Assembly: GCA_050260395.1 (NCBI GenBank)
Contig: JBLNCC010000076.1
Span: 26,605 to 90,604 of the forward strand
Origin: Betaproteobacteria bacterium
GTDB lineage: Bacteria > Bacillota > SHA-98 > UBA4971
Length of the DNA: 64,000 nt
Direction of reading: 5' to 3'
Position numbers and translations under genes: made by a program. The notes under the pieces are model-generated. The model saw only the letters and a program-made list of their open reading frames with translations, was not told the origin of the DNA and did no database searches. Within the stretch, counting starts at the first letter, position 1. The number at the start of each line of letters is the position of its first letter. Below are positions 53,429-61,736 of the stretch, piece after piece.

Positions 53429-54100
53429 GTGGACAGTTTAGTGCTATCTCAGGTGCCCTGGGACGTCCTAGCAGCGGTGGCCGTCATCGTGGCGGGCATC
53501 TTGTTCATAGTGTTCTCTCTGGGGATGACGCTCGGCGAGCGACGTGCGGCGCAGGCCGTCCCCGCCCCGAATGGACGTGACGGACGCGGGGGCCGCGGCA
53601 AGCGCGGCGGGCGCGACCGTGCCGCGAACGCGGAGGATCCAGCGCGGCTTGGCGACGCCGCGGGGGAAGTGACCCGTGCGATCGAGGAGGCCGCGGCAAG
53701 GGCAATCCAGGACCTCGAGGCGAAGGCTGGGGCCGCCACCCGGCTCCTTGCCGAGGCGGAGGCCAGAATCATGCAGCTAACGGAGGCTGTGGCCGCGCTC
53801 GAGCGCGAAGCCAAGCCCGCCGATAGGCCGGAGCCGGCAGCGAGTACGACGCCGGAGGCCGCCCGGGCGGAGGTGGGAGGAGCAGGAGCGGGGCAGGATG
53901 CGGCAGGCGGTCTCCGGGTTACTGAGAAACACGCTCTCGTGCTCCGCCTTGCCGACCAGGGCCTGACTCTGTCCGAGATCGCGAGACGGGCCGGGATCGG
54001 CCGCGGCGAGGCGCAGCTCATTCTCGACCTTTATGGAAAGCAGTGCCTGACGAACCCATCCGGGACTTGCGCGGGCCCACGGGACGAACAACCACATTAG
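53429..54100 (+). CDS. Single-pass membrane protein with coiled coil and a C-terminal HTH-like domain
   Basis: The TM segment is VLAAVAVIVAGILFIVFSLGMTL, followed by an Arg/Gly-rich linker and the coiled coil EAKAGAATRLLAEAEARIMQLTEAVAALE. The C-terminal KHALVLRLADQGLTLSEIARRAGIGRGEAQLILDLY is reminiscent of the DUF2802-type flagellar-locus proteins. Confidence 0.55.
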   Translation: MDSLVLSQVPWDVLAAVAVIVAGILFIVFSLGMTLGERRAAQAVPAPNGRDGRGGRGKRGGRDRAANAEDPARLGDAAGEVTRAIEEAAARAIQDLEAKAGAATRLLAEAEARIMQLTEAVAALEREAKPADRPEPAASTTPEAARAEVGGAGAGQDAAGGLRVTEKHALVLRLADQGLTLSEIARRAGIGRGEAQLILDLYGKQCLTNPSGTCAGPRDEQPH

Positions 54101-54193
54101 CTTCTCGCGTTCATTCTCGCTGTCCCTGCTCCGGATCGGCCACCTCTACCCGCTCGCGCGGCGGCGCGGTCCCGGCGGCGGCTCGCGGTCTAC

Positions 54194-54946
54194 CTACAGC
54201 CTTACGTACAGGTCGTCGATGGAGCCTACCTTGCCCTCGGCGAGCTTCGGCGGCAGCGCAAACGCCTTCTTGGAATGACGCAGGTTCGACCCGACGAGAG
54301 CCTCGGTGACCTTCAACGCGACCTTGGACGGGTTCACTACCGGTACGCCCAGCGCGGCCTGGATGTCCTCCGCGACGTTCAGGAACCCCATGGACATGCA
54401 CCCAAGAACCAGCACATGCGCCCCGTCTTCCTCGATAGCCCGGCGCCCCACGGCGATTATCTTCTCGAGGGTTGCGTGTCTGTTGCAGGCAAGCTCCAGG
54501 ACGGGGACGTTGACCGCCCGGACGGAGGCCAGCTTGGCTGCCACGCCTGCCTTGTGCACCAGTTCATAGCTGCTCGGGATCATGCTGTCCATGACGGTAA
54601 GGAGCGAGAAACGGTAGCCGAGCATCGCCGCGACGACGAAGCTCGCTTCCGCGGGGCCGACTACCAGCATTTTCGACGTAATCTCCCGCATGGCGTCGAG
54701 CCCGGGATCCCCTGCGCACCCGAGGATGGCGGCGTCGTACCCCTCTTGTTCCAGCTCGAAGATCTTTTTTGCAGTGGCCGGTATGCTAAGGTATTCCTCA
54801 TACATTGATTCGATGGACGCGGGCCCTTCCGTCACCCCGGTGATGTCCACCTGAACGCCGGGAGCGGCCCATTCCCGTAACAGTCCGCCTCTCCTTGCCA
54901 TTTCCTTCTCGTCCATTGTGCCCGGCACGACGTAAACGATCCTCAT
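54194..54946 (-). CDS. Asp/Glu/hydantoin racemase family protein
   Basis: Two catalytic-Cys contexts are present: AILGCAGDPGLD and VLVLGCMSMGF. 250 aa. Confidence 0.8.
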   Translation of the reverse strand: MRIVYVVPGTMDEKEMARRGGLLREWAAPGVQVDITGVTEGPASIESMYEEYLSIPATAKKIFELEQEGYDAAILGCAGDPGLDAMREITSKMLVVGPAEASFVVAAMLGYRFSLLTVMDSMIPSSYELVHKAGVAAKLASVRAVNVPVLELACNRHATLEKIIAVGRRAIEEDGAHVLVLGCMSMGFLNVAEDIQAALGVPVVNPSKVALKVTEALVGSNLRHSKKAFALPPKLAEGKVGSIDDLYVRL

Positions 54947-55125
54947 CTTGAACTCCTCCTCTCTGATTCCAAGCAGTGCGACGTCTACGTTTCTTGACTC
55001 GTGGGATCACCGGCAGCCCCGGCATGTCGCTCCTCCGGCACCTCCCCGTGTGCCCGCATCAACTGCCGCATATGTCGCTTGCACCGCGCGGCACGCAGAG
55101 GGTGGTGAGACTTGCGCACGCGTCC

Positions 55126-56142
55126 TTATGCCGTGCTCACCGCCTCTATGGCTTTACTTACCATGTGGCACCTCACCGCGTGGCCAGCCCCACGCTCGAG
55201 GAGGTCTGGCTGCGCCTGCCTGCAGATGGACTCGACGTAAGGACAACGGTCCTGGAACAGGCACCCGTGGGGCAGGTCGACCGGGCTTGGCACGTGGCTC
55301 GTTATCTTCAGTTTGCCTCCTTTGAAATCCGGGTCGGGGGAAGGCACCGCCGAGATCAGCGCCTGAGTATAGGGGTGCTCTGGCTCGCTCAGCACCTTCT
55401 CGGTCGGCCCAATCTCCACGATCTGGCCGAGGTACATGATCGCCGTGTAATCACACAGGTATCGGATGAGCGAGAGATCGTGTGAAATGTACACCGTGGT
55501 GAGCAGCATGCTCCGCGCGATCTCACCCATGAGGTTCAGCACGCCCGCTCTTATGGAGACGTCCAGCATTGAAACGGGCTCGTCCGCCACGATGAACATT
55601 GGCTTGACCACGAGCGCGCGGGCCAGGACGACCCGTTGAAGCTGCCCACCGCTCATCTGGTGCGGGTATTTGTCGAAGAACGCCTCGGCAGGCTTGAGGT
55701 TGACCATCTCCAGCGCCTCTCTTACCAGGTCCGCCCGTTCGTTCTTGCTTCCTATGTTATGGATGATGAGCGGCTCGGCTATGGAACGGAACACCGTGAA
55801 CCTCGGGTTCAAGGCCTCGAAGGGGTTTTGAAACACGAGCTGAGCCTGCTTCCTGAACTCCTTGAGTTCGTGGCCGCGCTTTATGTCTGTGACATCTTTG
55901 CCGTTGAAGAAGTACTTGCCGCCTGTAGGCTCACACAACTTCAGGAGGATTCTCCCTGTTGTGGTCTTGCCGCAGCCGCTCTCTCCGGCAAGACCCAAGG
56001 ATTCGCCCCGCTTCAGCCTGAAGCTCACGCCGTTCACCGCTCGGAGGACGTCGCCCTTCTGCCTGCTGAGAAACAATCCCTGCCGGACGGGGAAGTATTT
56101 CGTGATGTCCCGCACGTCTACGACATAGCCGCCTTCTGCCAC
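55126..56142 (-). CDS. Oligopeptide/dipeptide ABC transporter ATP-binding protein (OppF/DppF-type)
   Basis: Walker A motif GESGCGKTT, signature motif MSGGQLQR, Walker B motif FIVADEPVSMLD, and the C-terminal oligopeptide-transporter extension. Confidence 0.92.
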   Translation of the reverse strand: MAEGGYVVDVRDITKYFPVRQGLFLSRQKGDVLRAVNGVSFRLKRGESLGLAGESGCGKTTTGRILLKLCEPTGGKYFFNGKDVTDIKRGHELKEFRKQAQLVFQNPFEALNPRFTVFRSIAEPLIIHNIGSKNERADLVREALEMVNLKPAEAFFDKYPHQMSGGQLQRVVLARALVVKPMFIVADEPVSMLDVSIRAGVLNLMGEIARSMLLTTVYISHDLSLIRYLCDYTAIMYLGQIVEIGPTEKVLSEPEHPYTQALISAVPSPDPDFKGGKLKITSHVPSPVDLPHGCLFQDRCPYVESICRQAQPDLLERGAGHAVRCHMVSKAIEAVSTA

Positions 56143-57143
56143 GTTTCCACCTCCTCTGCCTTCCGCCGCAGCGAGTCGATGTCGTCCAGACGGAAGCAGG
56201 CGGAATAATGGCCGGAAGACACCTCAACCAATTCCGGGGCTCGTTCTGTACACGAGGCTTCTCTGAACGGACACCTTGCGGCGAACCTGCAGCCCTCCGG
56301 CGCATCTATCAAATCGGGAGGCGACCCTTCGATCGATATGAGAGACCTTGGTGGATTTCGCAGGTCGGGAAAGGCGTTCCTCAATCCCATCGTGTAAGGA
56401 TGGGCGGGGCTCTTGAGCACATCCCTGACCGTTCCCTTTTCCACGACTTTACCTGCGTACATGACCACTACGGACTCGCAGATGTCTGCCACCACCGAGA
56501 CGTCGTGCGTGATCATTATCAACGAGACTCCCAAGTCTCTGCGCAGTCTCTTCAGCTCCCGCAAGATCTGGCTTTGCACTATGACATCGAGCGCGGTCAC
56601 GGGTTCGTCGGCGATGACCAGCTTGGGGTTCAACGCAAGGGCTAGGGCGATCACGGCGCGCTGCTTCATGCCTCCCGAAAACTCGTGGGGATAGTAGCTC
56701 AAGCGCTCTCCGTCGAGGCCCACCATGCGGAACAGTTCCTTTGCCCGCTCGCGCGCCTGCCGCCGGCTCATGCCGCCCTTTAAGCACAGCACCTCTACGA
56801 ACTGATCCACCATCGGGTACACCGGGTTGAGCGAGTTCATGGCGGCCTGCGGGATGAGAGAGAGCTTGTTCCAACGGATCTTGCGCATCCGGCTCTCCGG
56901 CAACTGGACGAGGTCTTCGCCGTCGAAAACCACCTCGCCGCCGGCTATATAGGCGTTGCGTGGCATGACCCGGATGATTCCCCTCGCTGACGTGCTCTTG
57001 CCACAGCCGCTCTCTCCCACGAGCCCAATGCTTTCTCCCTCGTCCAGACTGAAAGAGACGCCGTCGACGGCCTTGTTGCACCCCCGGGTCGTCCTGTAGT
57101 AGATCTTGAGGTCCTTGACTTCTAGCAAAGGCATTTCGTCCAT
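56118..57143 (-). CDS. Oligopeptide/dipeptide ABC transporter ATP-binding protein (OppD/DppD-type)
   Basis: Walker A motif GESGCGKST, signature motif FSGGMKQR, and Walker B motif LVIADEPVTALD. Confidence 0.92.
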   Translation of the reverse strand: MDEMPLLEVKDLKIYYRTTRGCNKAVDGVSFSLDEGESIGLVGESGCGKSTSARGIIRVMPRNAYIAGGEVVFDGEDLVQLPESRMRKIRWNKLSLIPQAAMNSLNPVYPMVDQFVEVLCLKGGMSRRQARERAKELFRMVGLDGERLSYYPHEFSGGMKQRAVIALALALNPKLVIADEPVTALDVIVQSQILRELKRLRRDLGVSLIMITHDVSVVADICESVVVMYAGKVVEKGTVRDVLKSPAHPYTMGLRNAFPDLRNPPRSLISIEGSPPDLIDAPEGCRFAARCPFREASCTERAPELVEVSSGHYSACFRLDDIDSLRRKAEEVETWQKAAMS

Positions 57144-57174
57144 CTCCGCTCGAATTCTCCGCTGGTCGGGTGTT

Positions 57175-58062
57175 TCACACGTTCTTTAGCCTTGGGTGGA
57201 GGATCTCTTCCGAGCCGCGTCCGAGGTAGAACCCGGCCATTACCGTAAGCATGATGCATACGCCCGGCGGCACGAACCAGTAAAACGCGCCCCGGGACAA
57301 CGCCTGCGACACGTACGCGTCGTGCAACATGTATCCCCAGCTTATCACGTTGGGGTCACCGAACCCCAGGAAACTCACGGCGGCCTCGGTCAGGATGGCC
57401 CAGCCGACCGCGAGAGAGCCGTAGAGGAGCGAGAGTGGGAGAATATTCGGCGCTATGTACACGAACATGATACGCAGGTGAGACGCACCGGACGCTCTCG
57501 CGGCCTCGACGAAGCTTCGCTCCCGGATCGTCAGAACCTGAGACCTGATGACCCTCGCGGTGTCCCGCCAGAGCAGAAGCGCCATGGCCAGGACTATGTT
57601 CCAAGTGCTTGGCCCGAGGAACCCGACTAGGACTATGACGAAGGGCTCGAACGGCACTCCGAAGGCGACGTCCGCCAGCCTCATCAAGACGGTGTCGACC
57701 CATCCCCTGAAGTATCCTGCGAGGAGCCCCACGAGGGTCCCCAGCACCACGACGAAGAACGCGGCGCTGAACCCGACGGTAAGGGCGGGACGGGCCCCAT
57801 ACACGAGCTGGGAGAAAATGTCCCTCGCCATGTTGGTTGTCCCGAGCAAGTGCTGCGCAGACGGCGGGCGGTCTGACGCCAGGTCGCTGCCCTCTATGAT
57901 CAGCTCGTGAGGGTCGTAAGGCGCGATGTATGGCGCGAACACGGCAACCAGGATGAAAAAGAGGTAGATCATAGCGCCGGCCATCGCAAACTTGTCTCGC
58001 CTCAAAAACCCATAGGTATCAGCTAGAGCCTTTTTCAAGAAAGCAAGTCGACGTGCCCTCAC
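57175..58062 (-). CDS. Peptide ABC transporter permease (OppC/DppC-type)
   Basis: Polytopic membrane protein with SFVEAARASGASHLRIMFVYIAPN (EAA loop). Confidence 0.9.
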   Translation of the reverse strand: MRARRLAFLKKALADTYGFLRRDKFAMAGAMIYLFFILVAVFAPYIAPYDPHELIIEGSDLASDRPPSAQHLLGTTNMARDIFSQLVYGARPALTVGFSAAFFVVVLGTLVGLLAGYFRGWVDTVLMRLADVAFGVPFEPFVIVLVGFLGPSTWNIVLAMALLLWRDTARVIRSQVLTIRERSFVEAARASGASHLRIMFVYIAPNILPLSLLYGSLAVGWAILTEAAVSFLGFGDPNVISWGYMLHDAYVSQALSRGAFYWFVPPGVCIMLTVMAGFYLGRGSEEILHPRLKNV

Positions 58063-59057
58063 AAGCTCGCCCCCTTGCTCTCGAGGCTTACCCGTGGATC
58101 GAGCACACTGTAAAGAATGTCAGCCACGAAGTTCATGAGCACCATCACCGCGGCGATAAGCAGGAAAGCCCCCTGGGAGAGCGGATAGTCGCTGGCCGAC
58201 ACCGCTTTTATCAGCAGCCTCCCCAGTCCCGGCCAGCTGAAGACGGTCTCTACGACCACGTTCCCGCCGATAGCGTAGCCCACACCAACGGCCATCGCGG
58301 TTACCACCGGCAAGGCGGCGTTTCTCGCGGCGTACTTGAACATGATGCGCCTGTCGCTCAGGCCCTTCATCCGCGCCATGTCTACGTACGCTTCGCCCAA
58401 GGCGTCCAGCATGCTGGAACGCATAAGGAGGAGCGGAAGGCCGAGCAGGTACAAAGCGAGCGTGAGCGCCGGCAGGAACATGTGATGCCAGAACGACGGC
58501 GAGAGCAGTTTCTCAAGCTCGGAGCCGTAGACGATGCCAGCAGGCGAAGATCCCCCAGACGGGAACCAGTGTAGCTTGAACGAGAAGACCGCCAGAAGGA
58601 TCATCCCTACCCAAAACTCCGGGCTGGACCTGGTGAGAAGGGTCAAGACGATCCCAACCGTCTCGGACCTCTGCCCGCGCCGCCACGCCAGGGCAATGCC
58701 TCCGAGCACCCCGATGACATACGCGATCACGAGGGAAAGGAGCATTAGATAGACTGTGTTCGGTAAGACCTTCCACACCACGTTGACGACAGAGTCCTTG
58801 TAGAAGAACGAGTCACCGAGTTCTCCCTTGAGGAGGTTGCCCAGGTAAACAAAGTACTGTTGCCATAGCGGCTTGTCCAACCCGAACTGGCGTATGAGGA
58901 TCTCCTGCTGTTCTTGAGTGAACGTCGGATCTATGTATGCTACCAGAGGGTTGCCGGGCATCAGACGGAACAGGAAAAACAAAATGGTGACGATGATCCA
59001 CAGGGTAAGAAGCATTTGGGCGAATCTCTGCGCGAAGAACTTCCAGTTAAACCTCAT
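58059..59057 (-). CDS. Peptide ABC transporter permease (OppB/DppB-type)
   Basis: MRFNWKFFAQRFAQMLLTLWIIVTILFFLFRLMPGNP is the canonical N-terminus, and the ATG is at 59057. The upstream 107 codons of track ORF 58059..59378 cover the repeat element and look non-coding. Confidence 0.9.
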   Translation of the reverse strand: MRFNWKFFAQRFAQMLLTLWIIVTILFFLFRLMPGNPLVAYIDPTFTQEQQEILIRQFGLDKPLWQQYFVYLGNLLKGELGDSFFYKDSVVNVVWKVLPNTVYLMLLSLVIAYVIGVLGGIALAWRRGQRSETVGIVLTLLTRSSPEFWVGMILLAVFSFKLHWFPSGGSSPAGIVYGSELEKLLSPSFWHHMFLPALTLALYLLGLPLLLMRSSMLDALGEAYVDMARMKGLSDRRIMFKYAARNAALPVVTAMAVGVGYAIGGNVVVETVFSWPGLGRLLIKAVSASDYPLSQGAFLLIAAVMVLMNFVADILYSVLDPRVSLESKGASL

Positions 59058-59137
59058 GACGTATCCCTCTCTGCCAGCGTCTCCCAGCGCCTCGAGGAAC
59101 CCGGAAGGTTCAAAGCCTCCACAGGCTCTTCCAGCCG

Positions 59138-59273
59138 GGGTTGCCGGTGTTGCACTCGCGGGCGGCGCCCCCGCGCTGCTCCTAGGTGGGCGGGCGCCCT
59201 GCCAAAACCCGGCCCATCGCCCATCAGGCCAGCGGCCGGATATTGACGCTACTCGCGCAACCGCCGGCAACCC
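59138..59273. repeat. GC-rich palindromic intergenic element, copy B
   Basis: GGGTTGCCGGTGTTGCAC (59138..59155, identical to 1059..1076) ... GCGCAACCGCCGGCAACCC (59255..59273). By hand alignment, the last 39 nt match copy A at 32/39. Confidence 0.6.
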
Positions 59274-59393
59274 CGACATCCTTGACAGCCTGATGCGTCC
59301 GACATCCTCTGCGTCAACGGCAAAGGCTCGCGGCCCCGGCCCTGCGCTCAAGGCGAGGGCCGCGGCAGGCGGCAGCAAGACCCCGAATGAGCG

Positions 59394-61103
59394 TCAGGAC
59401 GCTGGAGGCGTTTCTTCCTTTCTGCCCTTCGGATAGAGCAGCCTGCCCTTGTTGTCCCACTCGTAACCCGCGGACTTCAGGATCTCCTTCGCGGTTTTCA
59501 CTCCGCCCTGCGGATAGTTGAGGTTCTTGTTCTTCCAGAAGCCCAACGCGGGGGACACCACGGAGTCGGCCGGCACGGCGAACCCCTTCCACACGGCGTT
59601 CACGATCAGCTGCCGGTCGGTCAGAGCCAGAATTGCTCTCCGGAACGCGGCGTCGTCGAACGGCGGTCGCCGCAGGTTCATAGCGAAGAACCTGAACCCG
59701 AGGTCCACAGCGTATACGATCGTCAGGTTCGGATTCGCCTTGACCTTCTGCTCCAGAATCTGCGGGTCACCCACGTAGGTGGCGAGGAAATTGATCTCTC
59801 CCGTCTGGAGCATGCCGAGGGTTGCCTCCATATTGGGGATGAAGCGGCAGATCCATTTCTCGATCTTCGGAGGCTGGAAGTAGTCGCGGTTGGCCTCGAG
59901 AACGATCTCCTCCGAGAATTTCCAGCTGCCGAACTTGAACGGCCCGGACCCGATGGGCACCTTCTCCTGGTAGCTCTCGGCGGTCTCCGGTTTGTTAGCA
60001 AGATCCTTGAAGATAGGTTCCCATATGTGCTTCGGAACCAGATTGACCTTGGCGAAACAGGCGGTCTCGAACGTGGCCGAAGGCTGCTTAAGCTTGAAAA
60101 TGAGCGTGTTCGGGTCTACTATCTCGATCTTGTCTATGTTGCTGACAAATGGCTTGTACATGGGCACCTTGTCGCCCATGGGAGCCTCGAAGGAGAACTT
60201 GACGTCTTCCGCGGTCACTGGCTTGCCGTCGTGCCACTTCATGCCCTTGCGGAGGACCACCTTGACTTGGGTGTCGGACAGCCACTTAACGGACTCCGCC
60301 GCCCACGGCTTCGGGAGCCCGTCCGTGCCCATGCGCATCAGACGGTCCCAAATCAGCTCAGTCACCCACGAGTCGACGGTGCCGCTGATGTAGAACGGGT
60401 TGACTGCCTGCACCGTATCGTTGCTGTTTAGGATCATGTTTTTCTGCGCGCCAATGGGCGTGGCGTAGATGTATGTCCAGAAGTTCTTGATGCCGAGGCC
60501 TGCCATGTTCTTGATTGAGTCACGCGCAAACACCTTGTTGTTGTAGACGAAGCCGATCTTTTGGTGCACAAGGAAATCGTACACGGCATCGTCCGCCAGC
60601 ATCTGTTGAGCCTTTAGCACCAGTTGCCTGCGCTTCTCGGGGTCCATGGTGACCCGCTGCTGCTCGGCGACCTTGTCGTACGCTGGGTTTATGTAGCCTA
60701 TGAAGTTGTAGCCATCCTGCGCCGTGCTGGAATGGAACAGGTTGTAGATGACCTCGTCCGGGTCCAGCCTTTCTGGACGGGCGGTCATCTGCCAGCCAGT
60801 CATGTCCCACTTATCCCGCTGGTACCACACAACATCGGCCATCTGCTCCCATGGTACTACCTTTACGCGGGCATCGATCCCTACCTGTTTCATGGCGTTC
60901 GCGATGAGCGTCGCGCTCTCGAACTCGTCCGGCGAGGACGACTGCGGCCTTGTCAGAATGTAAATCGGGCGGATGACCCTCTCGGCGGTGTCACTCGCGC
61001 TGCCGCCGCCTGCCGCGAAGGCGGCCGTTCCGGCTGTGGTCGCAACGCAAATGATTGTCAGCATGATCCACTTGACCCATCTCATCCGTGCTCTGCTTCT
61101 CAC
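59394..61103 (-). CDS. Peptide/nickel ABC transporter substrate-binding protein (family 5)
   Basis: 569 aa. The signal peptide is WIMLTIICVATTAGTAAFAAG. The body is typical of OppA/DppA-type binding proteins, and it is the first gene of the operon. Confidence 0.88.
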   Translation of the reverse strand: MRSRARMRWVKWIMLTIICVATTAGTAAFAAGGGSASDTAERVIRPIYILTRPQSSSPDEFESATLIANAMKQVGIDARVKVVPWEQMADVVWYQRDKWDMTGWQMTARPERLDPDEVIYNLFHSSTAQDGYNFIGYINPAYDKVAEQQRVTMDPEKRRQLVLKAQQMLADDAVYDFLVHQKIGFVYNNKVFARDSIKNMAGLGIKNFWTYIYATPIGAQKNMILNSNDTVQAVNPFYISGTVDSWVTELIWDRLMRMGTDGLPKPWAAESVKWLSDTQVKVVLRKGMKWHDGKPVTAEDVKFSFEAPMGDKVPMYKPFVSNIDKIEIVDPNTLIFKLKQPSATFETACFAKVNLVPKHIWEPIFKDLANKPETAESYQEKVPIGSGPFKFGSWKFSEEIVLEANRDYFQPPKIEKWICRFIPNMEATLGMLQTGEINFLATYVGDPQILEQKVKANPNLTIVYAVDLGFRFFAMNLRRPPFDDAAFRRAILALTDRQLIVNAVWKGFAVPADSVVSPALGFWKNKNLNYPQGGVKTAKEILKSAGYEWDNKGRLLYPKGRKEETPPAS

Positions 61104-61636
61104 AATCTCTCAACCCCTTCTGCTTCCTCAATTCGTGAATTCGTGTGTGCGTAGCACACACCGTGCTATGAGCCGTGCTTACGAGTGCCCTATGGGTGGC
61201 CAAATGGCCTTCTAGGTGGCAAAGGAACACCAGGAGCCTTGGTTAGCAAGACTCGCGGGGCATCGAGGCGCTCGCGAGCGCGCCGCGATGTCGGTTACAT
61301 AAGGGCCCGCGGGAATAAAAAGACGCGTCCCTAGGTTACGAGAACGATGCGGGCTGCTCCCGGGAGCGAGCGCCCCAGCTCCGGGGCAGTCGATGAAGGC
61401 GCGACGCAAGGAATCTTGAACGGCAGTAGCTGTATACTGCGTATGATCAACTCTTCTCCCTCCTCGAGTGCTTCGCGTTCCACAATCAGGCTGCAGATGT
61501 GGGCTGAAAAGCTGCTGTAGCCACGCTATGCCATGCCATCAACGAAAAGAGATCGTGACCCAAGTCGAACCCGTTACTACAGCTGTATAGGATCACCTCA
61601 CTCGCCTCAAAGTCCCTTGAAGATGTATTTTTAACG

Positions 61637-61665
61637 ATGCTATTACGAGTGTCCAGGTTTGTCAA
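61637..61665 (-). promoter_or_regulatory. Sigma-A-type promoter far upstream of the peptide ABC operon
   Basis: Read on the minus strand: TTGACA (61665..61660), a 17-nt spacer, then TAGCAT (61642..61637). This implies a leader of about 530 nt. Confidence 0.45.
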
Positions 61666-61736
61666 GGGGAGGCAGGCGTATTTCCAGTGATTTCATCGGC
61701 ATCCTCGATCCTCGTCGCCGTGGTCGGCCCTGTCGC

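Noticed and set aside
61212-61409. The 65-aa minus-strand track ORF in the peptide-operon leader.
   Set aside because: It has no RBS and a Pro/Arg/Ser/Ala-rich translation. It overlaps, out of frame, the better-supported (but still speculative) 39-codon uORF.
61428-61589. The 9-mer AGCTGTATA occurring twice (61428..61436 and 61581..61589) in the peptide-operon leader, as a possible regulator site.
   Set aside because: One shared 9-mer within about 500 nt is roughly what chance predicts, so on its own it is not evidence for a site.
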